The notes under the pieces: model-generated
Databases searched by the model: none
What the model was told of the DNA's origin: nothing
Seen by the model: the letters and a program-made list of their open reading frames with translations, nothing else
Translations under genes and position numbers: made by a program
Shown here: piece by piece, positions 52,184-61,010 of the stretch
Layout: each line of letters starts with the position of its first letter
Position numbering within the stretch: position 1 is the stretch's first letter
From: Oscillospiraceae bacterium
Lineage (GTDB): Bacteria > Bacillota > Clostridia > UBA1212 > SIG427
DNA: 64,000 bases
Reading direction: 5' to 3'
Assembly: GCA_015069135.1 (NCBI GenBank)
Contig: SVJE01000001.1
Span: 291,316-355,315, forward strand

Positions 52184-53290
52184 TTACAATTTACTTCTTA
52201 CAAGCCCAGAAGATTCACTACTGTAGTAAATGTAATCCCCTTTGATAAATGATCTATAAGGAGACGACATATCGTTAAGCTTAATCCCCTTTTTTATTTC
52301 GTCAATTTCATCATATGTATATAAATAATAAGAATTATTTTCCTTACAAATAAAATACAATTTACCATTATAAGACTCTAAATACTCATCATAAAATTCA
52401 TTTTCGGAATAAACAATATCGGTTTCGTAATATCCATATCCAGGAAAATTCTCTTGCTCCAAATAAAAAACTTTACAAATAGAATCAGGATTTCTTGTGG
52501 TAAAAAACATAGAATCATCCAAAAAACAAAAATTACTATATAGAACCTGTCCATACATGCCATCTTTATATTTATCATATATATCACCTGTTCCTCTGAC
52601 AATCTCTTTTTCATAGGTATCAATACTCATTTTAAATATGGTAAAACTTTTTTTAGCTTTCTCTATGTAAAATATATAATCGTCAAAAATATGGAACAGA
52701 TAAACGTCATTATGTATCATTTTACTGGTATTAGTTTCTATATCATAACAATAAAATTCATAGTTACAACGGAGATATATTTTGCCATTATAAAGAACAA
52801 CTTCCCTTAAATCAGAATCGGTTTTATCTCCCCAAACTTCGCAACAATCTGTAAGTTTTTCTGAAATCAAGGTATCAAGATTAATTCTCCTTAATTCAAA
52901 AAAGTGAGAAGTTAATCTGTAATACTCTCCTTCAAAATAATACAAATAATTATCCTCAATATATAGATTTGTTATTATCCACCATCCTTCATTGCTAACT
53001 TCAGCAATGACCTTTTTCTCACCGGAAGTAATATTCTCTGAAAAAATCTTATTATCCTCTACATAATAGCTATAACCATTACTTTCAATAATAGATATAT
53101 CTTTTGAATATTTTAAATCACAATTTTCTATGGGGATATGATTATGAGGTTTAGGAGTAACAGTAGGTACAACAGTAATCAATGGTTGCTTTGTAGGCAA
53201 TATAGTGTTTTCCGGCATACTCACAGAACAACCAGATAGCATCAACATAGAAATTATTATAATACATAATAAACACTTCAAACCAATCAC
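52184..53290 (-). CDS. Lipoprotein with repeated Tyr-rich beta-strand motifs (DUF5050-like), function unknown.
   Basis: Lipobox LMLSGC. Recurrent Y-Y-x-E/D-N motifs. Confidence 0.45.
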   Translation of the reverse strand: MIGLKCLLCIIIISMLMLSGCSVSMPENTILPTKQPLITVVPTVTPKPHNHIPIENCDLKYSKDISIIESNGYSYYVEDNKIFSENITSGEKKVIAEVSNEGWWIITNLYIEDNYLYYFEGEYYRLTSHFFELRRINLDTLISEKLTDCCEVWGDKTDSDLREVVLYNGKIYLRCNYEFYCYDIETNTSKMIHNDVYLFHIFDDYIFYIEKAKKSFTIFKMSIDTYEKEIVRGTGDIYDKYKDGMYGQVLYSNFCFLDDSMFFTTRNPDSICKVFYLEQENFPGYGYYETDIVYSENEFYDEYLESYNGKLYFICKENNSYYLYTYDEIDEIKKGIKLNDMSSPYRSFIKGDYIYYSSESSGLVRSKL

Positions 53291-53299
53291 ACCCTTATA

Positions 53300-55762
53300 C
53301 TATCCAAACATATTGAAAGCACCCGCTATATATTTCTTAACCATCATATAGTCAGCAGCTCCGATTTTACCATCTTTGTTTACATCAGCAGCTTCAACAA
53401 AGGCACCTGAAATTAAAGAAGAATTAGCAATTGCTTTTTTTATTTTCATGTAATCAGATGCACCAATCTTACCATCACCGGTGACATCACCAAGAATGAC
53501 AAGGGTTAAAGAATCAAGAACTTTTCCATCAGCACCAAGTGTATATATTAAATTTCCTGTGCAAACTAAAGAAGAACCTGAAATCAAAGATCCATCATCT
53601 GATACAAAAACCTTATCTGATTTTTTGAAAGATGCTTTTAATGTATCTACAGATGTATAATCCTTAACACCAAATAAATAACCGTTTTCAATGTAATAAC
53701 TACTATTGTCAATCAATTCAAGATATACACCGGTTGGAGGAATAATTGAACCTTCCTTAATTAAAGTATTACAATCAACACAATACATATCACCTGTATA
53801 CCCTTCCTCCGTGTCAGTAGGATCCCATGCATCTCTTATCTCGGTTTCACCGTGATTATCTGAATCTAAAGAACCATAAGAAATACCACAATCTGAACAC
53901 AACTTTAATTCAGAACAAGTAGCAATACCACCACTGTGTGAACAAGAATCAAAGGTTACACCACACATACAAGTGTGCCAATGACTGTTATTATCATATT
54001 CCCATTTACCATCTTCATCAGTATGAACTGTCTTATCTAAAATCACACCGCAAGTACAGGTATGCCAGTGATTTAAACCATCTGTTTCCCAAATATTGTT
54101 TGCATCAGAGTGAGTTGTTTTATCAAATATTTCACCACAAGAACATGTGTGCCAGTGATATGTGCCATCCGTTTCCCATGTTCCGTTGGCATCTGTATGA
54201 GAAATACAGTTATCTCCCGGTTCTCTGTAAACATTAATGGTATATATTCTTTCATCTCCGTTCTGAGCTGTTGCAATAACATCTATTTTATTGTTACCAT
54301 ACTGTAAAGAACGTGATCCTGTACCTGTTAAAGTTGTTGTTGATGCATATTTAGTTGCAGAAACACTAATAGAAGATACAGACTCACCAACAGAAAGGCT
54401 ATAAGAAGTAGTATCCCTGTTAAATGCAGGAGAAATAGAATGTCCGCTTACAGACAAAGACTTTAATTTATTATTAGGATTACCATCCTTTGTTGGTTCA
54501 GCACATACTTCTTCAGGCATATTTAAATATACAGGAATCTTAAATGTAAAATTCTGTGCCAATATACCCATGTTATAATAAGCTTTTCGGGCTGTATTAC
54601 CTTCACTTTTAGCAGCGTATAATGCCTGCATATACTGATGCCAATAAAGACCATTATACTGAGATTCAACATCAAATTTTTCAAGATATAACGTATCCTG
54701 TCCTTGAGAAATATAAGTTTTTATTAAAACTTGGGCACCACCATATAAAGACTTATATCTTGTATTCCAACCTTGACTTTTTGCATGGGCAAGACCATTT
54801 ACAATAACAGCAGTAGCTGTAGATCCGGTAGCTTTAACATTAAAATAGTTATAATAATTTTCATATCCTAAATATGTACCGGAAATCAAGTCCGAAGTGC
54901 CTGCAGTTCCCTGCTCCTGTCTAACACGGTTAGCAAGATGATAAGGACTGACATTAAGCTCTTTACCTATCTGAACAAAAGCTTCAGCATATGTCATGCC
55001 ATTCTCAATTGTAGTGTTATACATAAAAGTATTCTTAAGAATAGCATTTACACCTTCAATATCCTGTGAAGAAGAATATGTAAGAAGTTCAAACTGGAAT
55101 ATATTCTGATCATTAAGGAAGTTTCTTGGATCCATATGGTACTTAATAGCGTCTTCGGAAGCCTGAATAAAGTTACTACCATTAAGAACAATATATTTAT
55201 TATTTACCCAGTCAAAAGCTCCATCAACAGTTGATTTCCACGAAGAAGGTGTAGAGCTGTTGTCAACAACCAGGTTTCTTTCTAAAACACATTCATTTTT
55301 TAAAGCTGTAGCCCAATCAAGATTGGTATGAAAAGCCACAAACTTCCATTCAGGATATGTTTCATGTAAGTCTCTTAAATACGGTTTATAGCTTTCCGGA
55401 AATCCTTGATAATCAAGATATTCTTCAAAAGTTCCTGTAAATTCCTCTTCTGTATCATCTGCTAAAAGAGTTATATAGCTGGAACTTGCATAACCGGTTA
55501 AACCGTTATATGAAATATTGTACCAAACTTTACCTGTAGTTGCCGTGGCAGATCCCAGAATAGTAACAACATTGCCTTGATAAACATATCCTACAGGATC
55601 ATACTCTGTACCGGGACCTGAACGAACAGTCAGAGTACTGGCAGTAATGGTTCCTTGCTGTGTAGCCAGAGACATAGGAACCATACTGAAAACAACAGAC
55701 AAAACAATAACTAAAGAAATAACAAACTTAGTAATTTTCATTAAATTACACCTTTCACACAA
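53300..55762 (-). CDS. Secreted multidomain protein with SH3b, a glucosaminidase-like (GH73-type) domain, a cadherin-like beta-sandwich, three HWHTCxCG Cys/His repeats plus further Cys pairs, and a C-terminal type-I dockerin.
   Basis: SH3b region RSGPGTEYDPVGYVYQGNVVTIL. SPYHLANRVRQEQGTAGTSDLISGTY...YYNYFNVKATG resembles the Glucosaminidase fold. LKSLSVSGHSISPAFNRDTTSYSLSV is cadherin-like (CLBSD). Dockerin repeats GDVTGDGKIGASDYMKIKK and DVNKDGKIGAADYMMVKK. Confidence 0.6.
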   Translation of the reverse strand: MCERCNLMKITKFVISLVIVLSVVFSMVPMSLATQQGTITASTLTVRSGPGTEYDPVGYVYQGNVVTILGSATATTGKVWYNISYNGLTGYASSSYITLLADDTEEEFTGTFEEYLDYQGFPESYKPYLRDLHETYPEWKFVAFHTNLDWATALKNECVLERNLVVDNSSTPSSWKSTVDGAFDWVNNKYIVLNGSNFIQASEDAIKYHMDPRNFLNDQNIFQFELLTYSSSQDIEGVNAILKNTFMYNTTIENGMTYAEAFVQIGKELNVSPYHLANRVRQEQGTAGTSDLISGTYLGYENYYNYFNVKATGSTATAVIVNGLAHAKSQGWNTRYKSLYGGAQVLIKTYISQGQDTLYLEKFDVESQYNGLYWHQYMQALYAAKSEGNTARKAYYNMGILAQNFTFKIPVYLNMPEEVCAEPTKDGNPNNKLKSLSVSGHSISPAFNRDTTSYSLSVGESVSSISVSATKYASTTTLTGTGSRSLQYGNNKIDVIATAQNGDERIYTINVYREPGDNCISHTDANGTWETDGTYHWHTCSCGEIFDKTTHSDANNIWETDGLNHWHTCTCGVILDKTVHTDEDGKWEYDNNSHWHTCMCGVTFDSCSHSGGIATCSELKLCSDCGISYGSLDSDNHGETEIRDAWDPTDTEEGYTGDMYCVDCNTLIKEGSIIPPTGVYLELIDNSSYYIENGYLFGVKDYTSVDTLKASFKKSDKVFVSDDGSLISGSSLVCTGNLIYTLGADGKVLDSLTLVILGDVTGDGKIGASDYMKIKKAIANSSLISGAFVEAADVNKDGKIGAADYMMVKKYIAGAFNMFG
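53933..54208 (-). repeat. Three tandem ~84-bp repeats encoding a 28-aa Cys/His module (H-x13-HWHTC-x-CG-x6-KT-x-H).
   Basis: HTDANGTWETDGTYHWHTCSCGEIFDKTT / HSDANNIWETDGLNHWHTCTCGVILDKTV / HTDEDGKWEYDNNSHWHTCMCGVTFDSCS. The DNA repeats also explain the spurious overlapping ORFs at 53938..54307. Confidence 0.6.
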
Positions 55763-55801
55763 GTAAAAAAATCGAATAATATACTGCTTGAATTATATCA
55801 A

Positions 55802-55839
55802 TAAAAAAGACCTTTTTCAACCAAAAGAAGAAAAAGGTC
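55802..55839 (-). terminator. Rho-independent terminator after the YhgE/Pip-like gene.
   Basis: GACCTTTTTC / GAAAAAGGTC stem. The forward-strand A-run at 55803..55808 gives the U-tract on the minus strand. Confidence 0.6.
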
Positions 55840-55862
55840 AATAACAATTTTTTACAGTTAAA

Positions 55863-57866
55863 TCAATATAATCCAAACAATCTCAATATTTTCTGCCAGA
55901 AAGTAAGTTTAACTTCTACAACAGGCTCATTCAAACTCTCAACAGAAATTTCTACAGCATCTGTTTGAATTACAAACTGTACAGCTTTAACATCAGTATT
56001 CTTTTCACTTACAAAAGAAACAACTTCAGCATGGCCACCTGTAACACCGGCAATCATTTCATCAATCTGATCAGAAATCTTATCATCTATACCTTCTGTT
56101 TCATTTCTCATTTCTGATGTGCCATCTTTAAGTTCAGATGTGCCACCATATAAAGCATCAACACCGTTTATAAGATCATTAACACCATCTGCAAACTTAG
56201 AAGTACCATCTTTCAACGTACTGCTTCCTGAAAGAAGTTCCTTGGTACCTTTTGATACCTCAGAATAACCTGCTACAATGCTTGCAACACCATTTGTATA
56301 TTCATTAATACCTGAATCAAGTTTTTCATATTCAGTAACTAAAGTATCAATTCCCGATTTAAGTTCTGCCATTCCAGGCAACATATCCTTGACAACAGTT
56401 ACTAATTCGGAAATACCTTCATCAAGTAAAACATACTTTTCTTTTAATAATTCAATACCGTCTACAAGCTGATCAACACCTTTGTCTGCTTCTGTAAGAT
56501 AAGCCTCAACTCCCGTAATAGTACCATTACTTCCTTTTAGAAGAAGAATAAGGTTTTCAAACTGTTCAACTGACTTTTTAAGTTCAGAAGCATCTGCACC
56601 AAAGGACTCCATAACCTGAATATTCTTTTTAAAGGTCTTAATCTGCTCATTTAAAGCAACAATTGCTGTGTCATTTGATGATTTAAGGTAATCAATATCC
56701 AAGCCATTTTCCAGCATAATTTCCTTAAATTTTTCATACGTCACATTTTTATCCAGTGTTTTTACACCTTCATACAAAGTTTCAATACCGTCTTTAATCT
56801 GAGAAGAACCTTCAACAAGTTCATCAAGTTTATCATTTGAAGATGAAACAAAGGATAAACCATCTTTTATTGTTTTCAAAGCATTTTTAACTTCAGCCGA
56901 TCCATTAACAAGCACATCGGATTTATTATTCAATGTATTTAGTCCATTCTCAAGTAATAAAATACCGTCATTAAGAGCTTTAACACCGGAGTTCATTTTA
57001 TCAGAACCTGCCACAAGATCATTTATACCTGTCTTAAGCTTTCCACCGGCAGCATCTTTAAGCTCTTCAGCACCATTTTTAAGCTCACCTGCACCATCAT
57101 CAAGTTTATGTATAGCATCAAGCAATTGATTAACCTGACTCATTAATGCTTCATCATCAACCTGAATATTCATAGACAGTGGAATACCATTAATTGAAAC
57201 CGCAGACATTTCAAACTCTACAACATTAGCAGTAATTACAGCATCAACACCTTTACCCGGTAACATTGTGTAAGAAATCTGTTTCTTACTTCCCACGTTA
57301 GCAAGAGTTGCTCCCTCAGCCACAATATTACTACACTTCTTTGTATCAAGAGAAAAAGAACTCTGAAGTGCATATGTTTCAAAGAAATTTCCTTTATAAT
57401 TTTCATTTTTCGTTACTGTAAAATGAATTTCTACTTTACCACTTTTGCCTGCTATATCCTTTGCAGAATATTCAGTACCATCCATAAAAAATTTAATTGA
57501 TACATTCCATGGAATAGTAATATTATTCATTTTACCCTTGTAATATACTCTGTCTTTTTCTGTTTCAAATCTGATTACATCCCCATCCTTAGAAATTTGT
57601 TCAGTTGAATTCAGAAGCTCTATAGAAGAATAATCACCATAATCCAACACATTACCTTTACCAAAAATATTAACTGCATAAACAGAATCCACAACACCTT
57701 CAGCACTTAAATTAATATAAATCACCTCTTCCTTAGAAGAAGGTGTCTCTATAGCAACAGCACTTAAGGACCATGTTAAAACCATAATAATAGCTAAAAT
57801 TACGGGTAAAATTCTTTTTAAATATTTCATTTTAATTGTTCTCCTTTTCCGGATTATATAAATCAA
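55863..57866 (-). CDS. YhgE/Pip-N-terminal-domain-like surface protein. It has an N-terminal TM anchor and a long helical repeat ectodomain, but no C-terminal multi-TM domain.
   Basis: TM segment LKRILPVILAIIMVLTWSLSAV. Recurrent LxDG / LKxG heptad-like units (ELKDGTSE, LLSGSSTLKDGTSKFADGVNDLINGVDALYGG). Ends without any hydrophobic segment. Confidence 0.5.
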   Translation of the reverse strand: MIYIIRKRRTIKMKYLKRILPVILAIIMVLTWSLSAVAIETPSSKEEVIYINLSAEGVVDSVYAVNIFGKGNVLDYGDYSSIELLNSTEQISKDGDVIRFETEKDRVYYKGKMNNITIPWNVSIKFFMDGTEYSAKDIAGKSGKVEIHFTVTKNENYKGNFFETYALQSSFSLDTKKCSNIVAEGATLANVGSKKQISYTMLPGKGVDAVITANVVEFEMSAVSINGIPLSMNIQVDDEALMSQVNQLLDAIHKLDDGAGELKNGAEELKDAAGGKLKTGINDLVAGSDKMNSGVKALNDGILLLENGLNTLNNKSDVLVNGSAEVKNALKTIKDGLSFVSSSNDKLDELVEGSSQIKDGIETLYEGVKTLDKNVTYEKFKEIMLENGLDIDYLKSSNDTAIVALNEQIKTFKKNIQVMESFGADASELKKSVEQFENLILLLKGSNGTITGVEAYLTEADKGVDQLVDGIELLKEKYVLLDEGISELVTVVKDMLPGMAELKSGIDTLVTEYEKLDSGINEYTNGVASIVAGYSEVSKGTKELLSGSSTLKDGTSKFADGVNDLINGVDALYGGTSELKDGTSEMRNETEGIDDKISDQIDEMIAGVTGGHAEVVSFVSEKNTDVKAVQFVIQTDAVEISVESLNEPVVEVKLTFWQKILRLFGLY

Positions 57867-59904
57867 GTCTATATGTTCCTTTTTGTATTAAACCATCAAA
57901 AATATACAAAAGACCCGGCAATACAAAAAATACACTTATCATAGAAAGAAGTGTTCCTCTGCCTAAAAACAAACCAAACTGTGAAAGTATTCCATGGGTT
58001 GAAAGAATACTAAGAGCAAAACCTACAACAGCCATGGCAATTCCTGAAGTGAGAATGGAAGTAGTAACTGCAGAAACAGTTGATCTAATAGCTTCTTTTT
58101 TATACATCTCTTTTCTTTTTTCAATATATCTATCTGCAAAAAGTATTGCATAGTCTACAGTTGCTCCCAACTGAATAGAAGATATAATCAGATAGGCAAG
58201 ATAATGTACAGATGAGTCCGTAAAATACGGAATTCCAATATTCACCCAAATTGCAGCTTCTATAGCAAACACAAGAACAATCGGTATAATCAATGATTTA
58301 GTTGTTATAAGAAGAATAACAAACACTGCCACAATAGCAATAATATTAACAATAAGATTGTCCTTTGTTATTGTATCCATTAAATCATATGTACTTACAC
58401 CTTCACCAGCCAAATAATAGCTATCAGGATAATATCTGTTTACAGTATTTCTTATATTCTCTACCAAAGCAAATGTTTCTTTACCTTCAAATTCTGCATC
58501 AACAGTTAAAACAAATCTGTTATAATTGTCAGACACAAGTTGAGAAAGTGTACCTTCATCAAGGTATTCTTTAGGAATCTCTGCGCCTACAGTATCAACA
58601 TATGAAAGAATATTTTTAACCTGAGGGATTTCGTGTAATGATTGAGAAAGTTCAATTTCAGAATCAACATCTCCATTAGGCACAATTACAACATATGTAT
58701 CACTCTTACCAAACACATCTTCAATAGCTTTTGTATCAATGCCATAGTCCGTTTCTTCACCGTAAATATGAGCGGAACCATAATAAAAAGAATTCGAGTT
58801 AGAAGCAGCAAATGAAGGAACAGCTATTAATATAAATACCAATGCAACCGGAATCATAACTTTAGTAATCAATCTTCCGAAAAATCTAAACTCCGGCATA
58901 AACTTTCTATGGGTTGTTTTTTCAATTAAAGGATAAACAAAAAGAATAAATGCAGGCATAAATACAAATATATTTATAAGGCTGATGCCTACACCTTTTG
59001 CCAAAGCAATTCCTAAATTAGAACCAATGCCGAAACGCATAAATACCAAAGCTAAAAATCCGATTACCGTTGTTAAACCACTGGAAGCAATAGAAGAAGT
59101 TGACTTACAAAGAGCATCAATCAAAGCTTCTTTACGGTCCGGATTTAATTTAAGACACTCAGTATATCTGTGAATAAGAAATACGGAATAATCCAAAGAA
59201 ACAGCAAGCTGCAAGATAGAACCGGAAGCATTAGTTACAAAAGAAACTTCGTCAAAAAGAATATTGCTGCCGTTATTAATTACAACTGCGACTCCGATAC
59301 CCAGTAATACCACAAAAGGTTCTGCCCAGGAAGTTGTTGTTATAAGGAGAATAATAAGAACAATTAAAATTGATAATACAGTAATTATTTTAATTTCTTT
59401 CTCACTACCGGTTGTAGCCATTGAAGTAGATACAGCATCACCGCTCATGGCATTTTCTTCCCCGATTATGTCTCTTAGCCTCTCTACTGTTGAAACCAAA
59501 TCATCCTCATCTATAGTTACAGTAAACAAAGCATTATTTTCTTTATAATATGTTTCAACAGTTTTCTGATCCAACATTTCCAGAGGCTGATATACATTAA
59601 CGGAATCATCAAGCCAAAGAACAGATACTACACCCTGACAAGCTTTTATTTTTTCCTTAAACTCTAAGGCTTCAGCTATAGTTGTATTTTTTACCATAAG
59701 CCTGGCATTAGGAATACCTCCGGTAAACTCCTCTTTCATTATTTCAATAGAAACTGTGGAACTTGTTTCATCAGGAAGATATTTTGTCATGTCATAATTA
59801 ACTTTAACAAATGACTGAAGGACAGCACCTATTAGTGCTAAAAGAACAAAAGTAATAAGTATTTTTTTAGGATTATTTACTACCCATGTATAGAATTTTC
59901 TCAT
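57832..59904 (-). CDS. MMPL-family (RND-superfamily) membrane transporter.
   Basis: Two 6-TM bundles separated by soluble loops, with an N-terminal TM plus a large loop (YdfJ/YdgH-like). Overlaps the downstream gene by 35 nt. Confidence 0.65.
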   Translation of the reverse strand: MRKFYTWVVNNPKKILITFVLLALIGAVLQSFVKVNYDMTKYLPDETSSTVSIEIMKEEFTGGIPNARLMVKNTTIAEALEFKEKIKACQGVVSVLWLDDSVNVYQPLEMLDQKTVETYYKENNALFTVTIDEDDLVSTVERLRDIIGEENAMSGDAVSTSMATTGSEKEIKIITVLSILIVLIILLITTTSWAEPFVVLLGIGVAVVINNGSNILFDEVSFVTNASGSILQLAVSLDYSVFLIHRYTECLKLNPDRKEALIDALCKSTSSIASSGLTTVIGFLALVFMRFGIGSNLGIALAKGVGISLINIFVFMPAFILFVYPLIEKTTHRKFMPEFRFFGRLITKVMIPVALVFILIAVPSFAASNSNSFYYGSAHIYGEETDYGIDTKAIEDVFGKSDTYVVIVPNGDVDSEIELSQSLHEIPQVKNILSYVDTVGAEIPKEYLDEGTLSQLVSDNYNRFVLTVDAEFEGKETFALVENIRNTVNRYYPDSYYLAGEGVSTYDLMDTITKDNLIVNIIAIVAVFVILLITTKSLIIPIVLVFAIEAAIWVNIGIPYFTDSSVHYLAYLIISSIQLGATVDYAILFADRYIEKRKEMYKKEAIRSTVSAVTTSILTSGIAMAVVGFALSILSTHGILSQFGLFLGRGTLLSMISVFFVLPGLLYIFDGLIQKGTYRLDLYNPEKENN

Positions 59905-59978
59905 CAGATAAAACTCCTTAAATCAAAACAAAAATACAAATTAAATTTTAACATACAAGACTGTATTATTCAACAAAA

Positions 59979-61010
59979 TCAAACTGGCTTCTCACAGGCA
60001 AATTCAGGCATATTTTCATAAACAGGTATTTTAAATTTAAATCTTCTGTTTTTAATATTAAGTTCATCATAAGCTCTGCCTGCGGTATTACCTTCGTTGT
60101 AAGCTCCATATAAAGCTTGCATATATTGATGCCAATAAAGGCCGTGATTATCGCTTTCCACATCAAATTTCTGAAGATAAAGTGTATCCTGTCCTTTACT
60201 GATATAGTTTTCAGCTAAAAATACAGCGCCACCTTCAAGAGATTTATATATAGTATTCCATCCTTCTTCTTTTGCTTTAATAAGACCATTTTCTATAACT
60301 TCATTTTGAGTTTCCCCTGAAGCTTTTATATTAAAATAATTATAATATCCTTCATAACCAGAATAATTCCCTGAAATAAGCGGTGATGTTCCGGCGTGGC
60401 TTTGCTCCTGAAGTACTCTGTTTACAAGCAAATACGGACTTATATTATTCTTTTTACCTATCTCAAGAAAAGCTTTTGCATATGTAATCCCATTTTCTAT
60501 TTCTTTACCGTCCATAAACGAACCTTGCAATATAGTTTCAATTACATTTATTGATTGAGTATCTGTATATGACAGTGATTCAAACTGAAATATATTTTCT
60601 TCATTAAGGAAATTTCTCGGATCAATAAAGTATCTGATTACTTCCCTTGATGCCTGCACATATTTATCTCCGCTTAAAGAAATCCAGTTGTTTTTCTCCC
60701 AGTCATAGGCACCTTCCTGTATAGATTTCCATGAATTTGGAACATTTGGATGATTATTTTCAACAAGATTACGACCTAATGTCATTTCTTCCACAATTAC
60801 TTCAGACCATTGCAACCCTGTATGATATGCTTCAAAATCCCAGTAAGGGTACTTTTTGCTGAGAGTTCTCAAATATGGTATATAGCTTTCCGGAAAGTTT
60901 TCTTCCTTAATTTTATTTTCAAATGTAATAAATGGAAGTAGCACTGACAAAATTGCCAGTGCTAAAACCATTAAGCAAGATGATATTTTTATGAGAAAAT
61001 ATTTTCTCAT
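59979..61010 (-). CDS. Stand-alone glucosaminidase-like (GH73-type) cell-wall hydrolase with an N-terminal TM/signal anchor. Paralogue of the catalytic region of the dockerin protein at 53300..55762.
   Basis: NISPYLLVNRVLQEQSHAGTSPLISGNYSGYEGYYNYFNIKASG and LYWHQYMQALYGAYNEGNTAGRAY align with the 820-aa protein at about 45% identity by eye. ATG 61010 overlaps the cysS TGA (ATGA). Confidence 0.55.
   Translation of the reverse strand: MRKYFLIKISSCLMVLALAILSVLLPFITFENKIKEENFPESYIPYLRTLSKKYPYWDFEAYHTGLQWSEVIVEEMTLGRNLVENNHPNVPNSWKSIQEGAYDWEKNNWISLSGDKYVQASREVIRYFIDPRNFLNEENIFQFESLSYTDTQSINVIETILQGSFMDGKEIENGITYAKAFLEIGKKNNISPYLLVNRVLQEQSHAGTSPLISGNYSGYEGYYNYFNIKASGETQNEVIENGLIKAKEEGWNTIYKSLEGGAVFLAENYISKGQDTLYLQKFDVESDNHGLYWHQYMQALYGAYNEGNTAGRAYDELNIKNRRFKFKIPVYENMPEFACEKPV

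Noticed and set aside
53938-54307. Three overlapping short ORFs on both strands
   Set aside because: They are artefacts of the HWHTCxCG DNA repeats inside the 820-aa gene.
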